From: a virus
Virus record (IMG/VR): IMGVR_UViG_3300045988_105143
Location: 1-64,000 of that record
Strand: one strand, 5' to 3'
DNA length: 64,000 bases
Part shown: positions 43,377 through 51,373 of the stretch, piece by piece
Numbering within the stretch: the first letter of the stretch is position 1
How the letters are laid out: each line of letters starts with the position of its first letter
Translations under genes and position numbers: made by a program
The notes under the pieces: model-generated
Told to the model about the DNA's origin: nothing
Databases searched by the model: none
The model's input: the letters and a program-made list of their open reading frames with translations, nothing else

Positions 43377-43655
43377 TTACCTCTCCTCACCAAATAATAT
43401 ATATTGTAATTGTCCCCATAATACCCTAATATCTTGTGTTTTGTATGGTAGTAGGCTGTTAGTGTCTACTATATCAATAATAGTAAATTTCTTTTTATTC
43501 CTCATTAACCATTGTAGATAGTCCCTTGGTAATTGATATCTCTTTTTAAGACTCATACAGTATTGCTCTGCCACTGCCTCTGCAACATATTCTCCGTAGA
43601 TATAATACAATACTTTATTAGTCCCTTTCTTCTTGACGGCTAATTTTTTCTTCAT
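43377..43655 (-). CDS. hypothetical basic protein
   Basis: 92-aa ORF with Lys-rich N-terminus. Confidence 0.5.
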   Translation of the reverse strand: MKKKLAVKKKGTNKVLYYIYGEYVAEAVAEQYCMSLKKRYQLPRDYLQWLMRNKKKFTIIDIVDTNSLLPYKTQDIRVLWGQLQYILFGEER

Positions 43656-43721
43656 ATCCTTGAGACAATCATTATAATTATTATCAAATTCTTCACTTAA
43701 ATATCTGCCAAAAAAATCCCA

Positions 43722-44906
43722 TTATAATATTCCTTCGTCTATAATATAATCAATAACAGCTTTTTTAAAACTAGAAGTATTTAATCTATATTCATCAATA
43801 CTTCCTTTCCCATATAGATAAAATATAAACACGTCTTCATTTTGCCCTAGTCTATGTATACGGTCTTGAGCCTGTGCTAGTAAAGCAGGCGACCAAGGGT
43901 ATTCTATAAATACCGCACATCTACTAGCGGTAAGTGTTAGACCAACAGCACTAGCTTGTAAGCTACAAATAATGATTTGAGTGTCGTGTAATTGGAAGTT
44001 ATCAATGTTAACTTGCCTTTGTATTACTGATTGACCACCAACTACTACACTGGCGTTAGGAAAATGCATATGTAATGCTTTGCCTATACTCTTATGATGT
44101 ACGAATACAACTACTTTTTCTTCACGCTCTAATAACTGTTTAATAAAATCGATAGAATAGTTTATTTTTTTATATAACACCGCCTTATCTAATCTTTCAA
44201 TATCGTGAAAACTTCTAGGTGCAGGTTGATTATACTCAATAATCGGTATTGGTACTATAGTTTTGTTTGGTAATTTGTTTTCTAAATCTCCTTTCGTGCG
44301 TCTAAGCCAGATACTATTCATCGTATCGTGTAGTTCCTGGATATTTGAACAGCCACTATAATCAACGCCATACTGGCTATATCTAGGATTACAATACGTA
44401 TCTAGGAATTTTTCTCTACCACCTACCTTGTGTATATTATTGAGAATTTCCATTTGTGTAACAAGTTCACGAGGTCTATTTAACATCGGAGTACCACTAA
44501 TCAATATCTTATATGGTATTTTCTTAGACCATTCTAATGCTAGTTGAGTTCGTTTACTTGTTTCATTTTTAAATGCATGACTTTCATCAAGCACTAATTG
44601 TTTTATTGGTAAACGCTGGATAATAAATTTATACTTATTCATTCTTTCATAGTTCGTAATAATAATATCTTGTGTCAAGTTATCTATCGGTATTCTTCTA
44701 CCAGTCCACCTCTCAATCTCCTTGCTCCAGTTTAATTTAAGGGAGCTAGGACAAATTACTAAAATCGGGAATTGATTACGAATAATCATAGCTTCTATCA
44801 CAGTCCTGGTTTTACCCATTCCCATGTCATCACAGACAAAAGCTGACGAATTATTTAATATAAAATTTACACCCTCCTTTTGATGGGGTAATAGTGGCGA
44901 TTTCAT
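43722..44906 (-). CDS. compact SNF2/Rad54-family helicase/ATPase
   Basis: LLPHQKEGV, CDDMGMGKT (Walker A), LVLDESHAFKN (DExH), Helicase_C QAQDRIHRLGQ. Only 394 aa, with no accessory domains. Confidence 0.85.
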   Translation of the reverse strand: MKSPLLPHQKEGVNFILNNSSAFVCDDMGMGKTRTVIEAMIIRNQFPILVICPSSLKLNWSKEIERWTGRRIPIDNLTQDIIITNYERMNKYKFIIQRLPIKQLVLDESHAFKNETSKRTQLALEWSKKIPYKILISGTPMLNRPRELVTQMEILNNIHKVGGREKFLDTYCNPRYSQYGVDYSGCSNIQELHDTMNSIWLRRTKGDLENKLPNKTIVPIPIIEYNQPAPRSFHDIERLDKAVLYKKINYSIDFIKQLLEREEKVVVFVHHKSIGKALHMHFPNASVVVGGQSVIQRQVNIDNFQLHDTQIIICSLQASAVGLTLTASRCAVFIEYPWSPALLAQAQDRIHRLGQNEDVFIFYLYGKGSIDEYRLNTSSFKKAVIDYIIDEGIL

Positions 44907-44959
44907 ATATACACCCGCTTTACTTTGTAAAAAATTCTTTCATCACCTGGTTCTAATTT

Positions 44960-45178
44960 TCATGCACTCAGTTGTTGAATATAAACATCAGAAAAGCCAC
45001 TATCACTAATATACAATATCCCAGTACCATCATTAAAGCTGTCAACATAAGCCCCGTAATAGCCCTTCCCAATATTAATAATAAATTCATCACAAGCCTC
45101 CGTCCCCATAAACGCTAATAGTGTTTGTCTATGTCTATGTTCATGCTCCATGAATAGATGATATAAATCCATATCCAT
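44960..45178 (-). CDS. hypothetical His-rich small protein
   Basis: 72 aa, with HLFMEHEHRHRQ near the N-terminus. Confidence 0.5.
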   Translation of the reverse strand: MDMDLYHLFMEHEHRHRQTLLAFMGTEACDEFIINIGKGYYGAYVDSFNDGTGILYISDSGFSDVYIQQLSA

Positions 45179-45187
45179 ATTACCACC

Positions 45188-45421
45188 TCATTTGTAGAAT
45201 TGTTTAATTTTATATACCCTAGGAATGTCTGCTGTGTATTTGGTAAATATATTGCTATAGAACATACCCGCTCTATGGGTGTTACATATTTCTATATCGC
45301 CTGAACCTGGATTCATATAAGTTATTTTTAATACATAAATTCTATCAGCAGACTGCATATATATAAAGCAATCATTCTCCTTAAAATAATTGTCGTATCT
45401 ACGTATACTCATTCCACTCAT
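45188..45421 (-). CDS. small-protein family member H
   Basis: 77 aa. ...ENDCFIYMQS... ending RVYKIKQFYK. Confidence 0.6.
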   Translation of the reverse strand: MSGMSIRRYDNYFKENDCFIYMQSADRIYVLKITYMNPGSGDIEICNTHRAGMFYSNIFTKYTADIPRVYKIKQFYK

Positions 45422-45651
45422 TTGAATAACCTCTTTATTTCGTATAGTGACTTAAAATCGTGATGGTATTTCCAAAATGCATTACGGTAGTAATTGTCAT
45501 ATATACATATAGAATCAATTTCCATTACTAAAGAACCAATATTTACATCTAGTACTGTAAATATGCACCTCGCTATATTATTATTTGTGTCATAATATAG
45601 TAGCCTATCACCTGATTGAATATTTTTGTCATATAATTTTATGTCATACAT
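45418..45651 (-). CDS. small-protein family member I
   Basis: 77 aa. ...QSGDRLLYYD... ending SLYEIKRLFK. Confidence 0.6.
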   Translation of the reverse strand: MYDIKLYDKNIQSGDRLLYYDTNNNIARCIFTVLDVNIGSLVMEIDSICIYDNYYRNAFWKYHHDFKSLYEIKRLFK

Positions 45652-45874
45652 TATAAGCCTCCTTTATTTTGAATAAATTATAATAATCATCTTGCTCCTT
45701 CCAAAAGGTATATTCTATTACACTTGGCGTACCTGATAAAATCAGAACCTTGAGATAGCTATAACTTAGCCTTTTATCTATCACTTTGAGTTTAAAATAT
45801 TTACCGCTTTGTGATATAAACATATATTCTTTATTTTCTATAAGAGAATTATCATAAAGTCCTATGGATATCAT
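45644..45874 (-). CDS. small-protein family member J
   Basis: 76 aa, ending NLFKIKEAYNV. Confidence 0.6.
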   Translation of the reverse strand: MISIGLYDNSLIENKEYMFISQSGKYFKLKVIDKRLSYSYLKVLILSGTPSVIEYTFWKEQDDYYNLFKIKEAYNV

Positions 45875-45875
45875 G

Positions 45876-46175
45876 TTAATACCTTTCTTTCAATCTAAGC
45901 ATATTTTTAATATCTATTATGTTTTTAAAGAAATAGTCGCGAGAATGTCTGTGATATAATGGATAATGCTCGATACGCATAGCTCGTTCGAGATTATTTA
46001 TTTCAGTTATCACAAAACTTTTCCAACCAACATCTGAATCCCATAATATAATATCACCATTTTTGAATAGTTTGTTATAGATATCTCTTTCCTTGTCCTT
46101 GTTTAACAGCCCTATATCTATGAAGTCTGGGTATGAATATTGAAGTTTTTTCCAACTTTTAAATATCTCACTCAT
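45876..46175 (-). CDS. small-protein family member K (longer N-terminus)
   Basis: 99 aa. ...KNGDIILWDS... ending NMLRLKERY. Confidence 0.55.
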   Translation of the reverse strand: MSEIFKSWKKLQYSYPDFIDIGLLNKDKERDIYNKLFKNGDIILWDSDVGWKSFVITEINNLERAMRIEHYPLYHRHSRDYFFKNIIDIKNMLRLKERY

Positions 46176-46333
46176 TGTCTTGCCTTTCTGATAGCCTCAT
46201 CTATCAAATCTGTTAGTTTTTCAAAACCCACTGAAAATGTTTCAAAGTCGTCATATCATGTAAAGTCTAAACTATCTTCTACATCATGGACAATTTTATT
46301 ATATTTCTTTTCATCAATTTGTATCGTAATCAT
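46172..46333 (-). pseudogene. 53-codon ORF interrupted by an in-frame TGA
   Basis: AAGGAGG RBS, with ATG 46333 abutting the upstream TAA. MITIQIDEKKYNKIVHDVEDSLDFT-TGA(46258-46256)-YDDFETFSVGFEKLTDLIDEAIRKARQ. The terminal TGA overlaps the next ATG (ATGA). Confidence 0.4.
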
Positions 46334-46558
46334 TTAGTATACCTCCTTTATTTTAAATATATAATTTTGTGTTCGACTTGTTTTCAGAAAATGAGAATTA
46401 CAAAAAGAATCATCTCTAAATCTTCTAAATGATATTTGCATATATTGGGATTCTGGCTGTAGATTTTCAACACGAACCTCATAGACCAAATAATTATCGA
46501 GAGAGAAAGATTCATATATAAATTTATCACCATTTTTGAAAAATTCCTCGTGTGTCAT
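46334..46558 (-). CDS. small-protein family member L
   Basis: 74 aa. ...KNGDKFIYES... ending YIFKIKEVY. Confidence 0.6.
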   Translation of the reverse strand: MTHEEFFKNGDKFIYESFSLDNYLVYEVRVENLQPESQYMQISFRRFRDDSFCNSHFLKTSRTQNYIFKIKEVY

Positions 46559-46582
46559 ACTAACCTCCAGAGAGGAAAGGGG

Positions 46583-47590
46583 CTATTTCGCCCCTTTATA
46601 TTCCTTGTCACCAGCAAAAACAGTTTTATTTTGAATACGCTTATTAATCACAGCACTAGGATAATCCACCCAGAATACAATACTGTAGTCTTTAATAAGA
46701 TAATCATATACAGATGTGTAATTATCATAGGCAAATTGATTAAACTCGTCGATAAATTCCTCAATAGCGTCGTCGTCCATTTTACCAAAGAATACTTCTA
46801 CAGGGTAATATTTACGAGCTACACCGTCATCGTCAATTGTATCAACGATACCTTTTAAACAATCTGGGTATGTCTTTTTGAGGAACTCCTCATATGTCTT
46901 AGTTGTTTGGTTAAGATGTTCCGACGCATCATCATAAGCACTATCATAACTATAGTTACCGTAGCCATACAAATCATAGTCATAGTAAGATGTTTTCCAT
47001 GTTGTACGGTAAGTTTTATAAGAGGTATTGGAATACCAAGCACCGCTTTCTTTGCTTTCTGTGAACTCGCCTAACATAGCCACACATCCGTTATTACCAA
47101 GGAATACTAGTTTATTGCCTCTTGTATGTTGTGCCAGTAATTCTTGTACTTGTTTTTTCCAAATAGCGTTACCTAAAGGGTAAGCCATTTCTTTAATAAA
47201 CTGCATGGTATCGCTATGCTTGGATGCCATACCTAATTTAGGCGTGTAATCACTAAGAATACCGTTGTGAACCATACCAACATCACAATATGTATTTGCT
47301 TTCCCCATCGCTTTATAATCATCACTCACAGCGAATGGGTGACAAGTTGAAGGGGCAATAGCACCACTTGTTGCAATACGGAAATGGAATACACGGTGAA
47401 TATCTGACGGGATTTTTATAGCTTCAGCCCAGAACTCTTCGAAAGTAAAGAACCCTTTTTTAATATGGGTTTTACCTTTGGCGGAGTCCCAATACATAAG
47501 ACCAGCACCGTCATTATTATAATCAAAACAATTTTTTAATTCTTTTTCATTCAATTCTAAACCTGCTTCATATACTGCAATTACGCACAT
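46583..47590 (-). CDS. class-II (Ntn) glutamine amidotransferase-like protein
   Basis: N-terminal MCVIAV (catalytic Cys2), FHFRIATSGAIAPSTCHPF, MVHNGIL and HSDTMQFI match the YafJ/GATase_4-type pattern. The ~110-aa C-terminal extension is Tyr/Asp-rich. Confidence 0.75.
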   Translation of the reverse strand: MCVIAVYEAGLELNEKELKNCFDYNNDGAGLMYWDSAKGKTHIKKGFFTFEEFWAEAIKIPSDIHRVFHFRIATSGAIAPSTCHPFAVSDDYKAMGKANTYCDVGMVHNGILSDYTPKLGMASKHSDTMQFIKEMAYPLGNAIWKKQVQELLAQHTRGNKLVFLGNNGCVAMLGEFTESKESGAWYSNTSYKTYRTTWKTSYYDYDLYGYGNYSYDSAYDDASEHLNQTTKTYEEFLKKTYPDCLKGIVDTIDDDGVARKYYPVEVFFGKMDDDAIEEFIDEFNQFAYDNYTSVYDYLIKDYSIVFWVDYPSAVINKRIQNKTVFAGDKEYKGAK

Positions 47591-47642
47591 AATATTTCTC
47601 CTTTTTCTAAATATAAATTATAATATAAAACCAAACCAAGAA

Positions 47643-49328
47643 TTACATGTTCAAGTTATCCATTCTTGTTAGCAACTCTTTATATTGACGCTCTTCCGCT
47701 AATTTACGGACATTTGCGAATGTAAAATCTTCCCATTGCCCATTAGCTAAGTCCGTTAAGACATCTGTCATTTGGATAAAGCTCCGAATAACATCAGCTT
47801 CATATGTAGAGTTCCACAATCGAATTTCAATCGTTGCGGAATTTTGAACATTTACGGCACTATACCGTTCGCAACGAGCTTCACTATAGCAACTTTCAAA
47901 AGTAGAGCAACACTCTACATCTGTAGGTCTAGCCCATTGATGAGCATCACTGCTGTTACGTTTGGCAAAACGTACTAGCTTGTCATAATTTTCAGCGAAG
48001 AACCGTACCAGTTTACCGATATGGGAACGACTTTCAAAGTGGTCTCTGGATACATGGATATGTATACCAGCACCTTCAGGTTCGTTATACCCTGCATTAT
48101 CTAATGTTTCTACGAGGTTTTCCCAGTCAATATTATTTAGCATGAACTGTGTTGTACAAGGGTGAGTCACTGCTTCAAACCCATCTTCCAACGAGCCGTC
48201 ATATTTGCAATACCAATGAGGATACTTGCCGAAAATTTTTCTTGCTGTATGGTCGGAACAGCCACCGCCTTGCACCTCATATTCTAAGCCAAGATATTTA
48301 TTGGTGCCCTCACCGAAAAACTTAGCGTCAGGCTTATAAGAATAAGAGCGGATAAACTCTGTTTCTCCGTGAAGATAATAGTTATCTTCATCAACGATGT
48401 CATCGTCATCGTAACAGCGGTCACAGATAACATAATCATTTTCTGTGACGTTGGTATTATCTTCTAAATAATACTCACCACAATGAGCACATTGTCTGAA
48501 ATAGGCATTTAAAGAACGATAGCTGACATAATCTTCGATAGAACCTACATAGACACAATCACCTCTACTATAATAATTATTGTCATAACTAGACCAGTGG
48601 TAGTTTTCTAAGCAGGAACTACAAACATTTTTATCGTAATTATCCAGGTACTCTGTATCTGAATCATGATGAATACATCCACAGTCTGCACAGATAAAAT
48701 ACTCATCTGTGAGCCCGTTAGCCACATCTTGACGAGTAATAATATCACCGTCTTCTGTAGTAACATAATTCTCACTATTTTTAATAACAATGTCATCAGA
48801 CAAAGACGAGCAGGCAACTTCTTCTTTATTTAATGGCATTAGGTCAACGCCGACTTTCACTTTAATATTGCCGTCTACAACACGCCCTGTTAAGACTGAC
48901 ACTGGTACTGTTAGTTCAGTCCAGAGCGAAGTGGATTCTTTATTAAACTCGTTTGGGGAATTCGGAATTTTCACTACACCGCCCTCGGAGTCAATATAAA
49001 TAATAGCACCGTCCACGTTGTAGAATTTTTCCGTTTCTACGAAGTCGCCAGTTTTGGTTTTGTAAATATGTTTATTGCCAAACCCTACGTCTACAACGGT
49101 TTCATCTATAGTCATTTTTACAATACCATTAGCAAAATAAATGACATTAGGTGGTAACGTAACGTTTTCCTCATGGTAAGGTTTAGGAAGGTCAGCGACT
49201 GGAATACGCTTAATATTAGTACTATCAGCCGTATCTCGCAAAAAATAAAAATCCTCACCACTTGACATTTGTGTAGCCAATGCTTCAAGTTCCATTAATT
49301 TCCCATCAATTACATAAAGTTTTTCCAT
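47643..49328 (-). CDS. amidoligase (GCS2/glutamine-synthetase-like COOH-NH2 ligase, Amidoligase_2 type) with N-terminal domain and Cys-rich zinc-ribbon region
   Basis: C-terminal half: LGLEYEVQGGG, KYDGSLEDGFEAVTHP, GAGIHIHVS and SATIEIRLWNST follow the Amidoligase_2 motif order. The middle has about 12 Cys in CxxC-type pairs (CADCGC...CSSC...CAHCG...CDRC). Confidence 0.75.
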   Translation of the reverse strand: MEKLYVIDGKLMELEALATQMSSGEDFYFLRDTADSTNIKRIPVADLPKPYHEENVTLPPNVIYFANGIVKMTIDETVVDVGFGNKHIYKTKTGDFVETEKFYNVDGAIIYIDSEGGVVKIPNSPNEFNKESTSLWTELTVPVSVLTGRVVDGNIKVKVGVDLMPLNKEEVACSSLSDDIVIKNSENYVTTEDGDIITRQDVANGLTDEYFICADCGCIHHDSDTEYLDNYDKNVCSSCLENYHWSSYDNNYYSRGDCVYVGSIEDYVSYRSLNAYFRQCAHCGEYYLEDNTNVTENDYVICDRCYDDDDIVDEDNYYLHGETEFIRSYSYKPDAKFFGEGTNKYLGLEYEVQGGGCSDHTARKIFGKYPHWYCKYDGSLEDGFEAVTHPCTTQFMLNNIDWENLVETLDNAGYNEPEGAGIHIHVSRDHFESRSHIGKLVRFFAENYDKLVRFAKRNSSDAHQWARPTDVECCSTFESCYSEARCERYSAVNVQNSATIEIRLWNSTYEADVIRSFIQMTDVLTDLANGQWEDFTFANVRKLAEERQYKELLTRMDNLNM

Positions 49329-49378
49329 GATATACCTCCATTAATAAATTAAAATACTAAAAAACAGGTTCAGACTCG

Positions 49379-49555
49379 CTACTCCTGCAATAAAAAGATA
49401 GCGTTTTGTAAATTCCACACGCAACTACGGTAGTGCTGTGAAGTCTTTACCATAACACGATGTTCCCCGCCAGTACGGTTTGCAATACGTGTTATATCAC
49501 GTGTGTCTAACTTACGACCGTGATTGTCGTCATATGTGAAATACACGGTATCCAT
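49379..49555 (-). CDS. possible small protein (58 aa, below cutoff)
   Basis: ATG 49555 to TAG 49379. No convincing RBS, but it fills a gap. Confidence 0.25.
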   Translation of the reverse strand: MDTVYFTYDDNHGRKLDTRDITRIANRTGGEHRVMVKTSQHYRSCVWNLQNAIFLLQE

Positions 49556-49652
49556 ATCTTCGTATACATGGCTCGCAAGGGGAATAACTTGCTTACCCTT
49601 TAGTACAGTAAATCACCTGGTCTTTGCTATACTCTGACAAGCTTTTAACGAC

Positions 49653-49892
49653 TTACTTAGAAGTTTTTTGTTTCACGCTCTCAGGTGTTGAATATTTACA
49701 AGAAAAGGCGATAGTTCCTGGTGAACCACTAAAACTAGTGACTGGGAATACTTTTCCACTACCTAACTCAATAATTTGCCATACTGAGTTCATTGGTTTT
49801 TCATTACACATTTTGATTACATCACTGCTTGTGTCTGCTGGGACTATTAAAAATGGCTTGCCATTAATTTGAGACTTCAAAATACAATACAT
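49653..49892 (-). CDS. hypothetical protein
   Basis: 79-aa ORF with GAGGAG RBS. Confidence 0.55.
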   Translation of the reverse strand: MYCILKSQINGKPFLIVPADTSSDVIKMCNEKPMNSVWQIIELGSGKVFPVTSFSGSPGTIAFSCKYSTPESVKQKTSK

Positions 49893-49896
49893 GAAA

Positions 49897-50019
49897 TTAC
49901 TCCTCTTTCATCACACGCTTAACTGTGTGGTATACGAGCATACCCATTAAAAAATAGCCTACTACAAGGATAGACCAAGCCACAATGTGACCTACAAATT
50001 GCACAATACTAATATCCAT
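49897..50019 (-). CDS. tiny membrane protein (40 aa, below cutoff)
   Basis: AAGGAG RBS 6 nt before ATG 50019. MDISIVQFVGHIVAWSILVVGYFLMGMLVYHTVKRVMKEE. Confidence 0.5.
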   Translation of the reverse strand: MDISIVQFVGHIVAWSILVVGYFLMGMLVYHTVKRVMKEE

Positions 50020-50115
50020 ACTGCACTCCTTTCAATAAAAAATACAGGACATACCTATCACCTAGTACCAGGTGAGTAGGTACTCCGTTGGGTTCGTTCC
50101 TCAACGGCTGACACC

Positions 50116-50144
50116 ATTGTACCACATGGACACGATTTTATCAA
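50116..50144 (-). promoter_or_regulatory. near-consensus promoter of the inverted block
   Basis: On the minus strand: TTGATA (50144-50139), 17-nt spacer, TGg, TACAAT (50121-50116). Preceded by AAATAAGCGGA. Confidence 0.6.
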
Positions 50145-50840
50145 ATTCCGCTTATTTCCTGGGCTCGTTGCACCTCAACCCTGGAACACACCCATTCATT
50201 CTCATCAATTCTCATTATCCGTTAGGTCGTGCCTGCACGATATAAAAAATCCGAAAACGAGGAATAAGAAAAATAAAATTCCAACTATCAATACTAAGGT
50301 AATAAAATAATCTATGAAGTAATACTATATATAAATATAAAAAACACTATTATAACTCAAATAAACGAATTATAATAGTAATACAGAAATATAGATATAT
50401 CTCTAAAATTGATTTAAATCGCCTATAAGGCTAGTTTAATATAATTAGGGTATGTCAGTACCCTATAACACGTTAAAGCGTGTTAGAACTCAAATAAATG
50501 AATTTTAGGACTAGTTTATGCACAAAGATACATCACAATCGACGGCGAGGGAAATAAAAAAATAAATTCCCATTCCTTCTATAATACAGTAATAAGGAAT
50601 AAGAATATAAAGTATAAGAATAAAAGATATAAGATAACTAAAATTAAGATAGTATCAATTTGAAAATTAATAAGTGATCATGTTTATCATTATGATTAAT
50701 AATAAATAGTAGATTATATTATATATGTGCATTCTCAATGAATATCATTCTCAACCAGTAAGTAAAAAAATAATTGATGTGTTAATGATAATGATAATCA
50801 ATATGTATCTATTATCGTACATATGTTCTGTTAATAAATA

Positions 50841-50868
50841 AAAAAAAAGAGGGACGTATAACGTCCCC
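50841..50868 (-). terminator. rho-independent terminator
   Basis: Minus strand GGGACGT TAT ACGTCCC followed by T9 (plus-strand A9 at 50841-50849). Confidence 0.85.
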
Positions 50869-50946
50869 CATAAGGCTATCTAAATAGTCTAGGTGAGCAG
50901 AATATTCATTTAAAGTCCAATTATGGAATCCTATTCATCACCTCCA

Positions 50947-51198
50947 TTAAAGAATACGATACCAGTTAAAACTAGGTAAATGGCAAGATTCGTTAAAGCT
51001 ACCATGTTTACGCTTAAAGCAGTAGCCTTTTAATTCGTGCCAGTTATCAGCTAAATCCTGGCTCATGTTAGCAACTAGGGTTGAAGCCTCTTTATGTGGC
51101 ATACCCAAGTCTACTAATTGAGAAACGCTTTCAACTAATTGGCGTTTTTCTGAGTCACGTAATTCCTTAATTAAAGCGTAATTGATAAATACTTTCAT
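50947..51198 (-). CDS. hypothetical early protein
   Basis: 83-aa ORF with AGAGGT RBS, followed by the terminator. Confidence 0.55.
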   Translation of the reverse strand: MKVFINYALIKELRDSEKRQLVESVSQLVDLGMPHKEASTLVANMSQDLADNWHELKGYCFKRKHGSFNESCHLPSFNWYRIL

Positions 51199-51330
51199 TT
51201 TTTACCTCTTTCATTAAAAATTTGAGAATTACAAACCTATACTAATTGTATAACGGAGTGCGAAAAAACACGGCTTTATACTTCAAATACTATGCTAATC
51301 CTATAACATTGTATTTTTAAGTATATGTTT

Positions 51331-51360
51331 AGGTGATCGACCTTGATACACCGCCTAACC
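51331..51360. repeat. left arm of 30-bp inverted repeat flanking gene 51374-51733
   Basis: AGGTGATCGACCTTGATACACCGCCTAACC. Its reverse complement matches 51774-51803 at 26/30 positions. Confidence 0.85.
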
Positions 51361-51373
51361 ACTAATTTATAGC

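Noticed and set aside
46256-46258. Genome-wide TGA reassignment (code 4 or 25) as the explanation for the in-frame TGA
   Set aside because: TGA terminates several well-supported genes here (e.g. at 23415-23417, 29033-35, 29187-29189 and 35017-35019). Trp is encoded by TGG throughout the long ORFs, and the standard-code ORF track gives intact multi-kb genes.
46140-46337. 65-aa plus-strand ORF
   Set aside because: It is antisense to the coupled minus-strand gene chain, with no RBS and hydrophobic, low-complexity spurious composition.
46578-46595. Hairpin AGGGGC-TATTTC-GCCCCT between the amidotransferase gene and the next family member, as a terminator
   Set aside because: On the transcribed (minus) strand it is followed by TTCCTCTCT rather than a U-run, and it overlaps the stop codon and the RBS region. 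It may modulate coupling but is not a convincing terminator.
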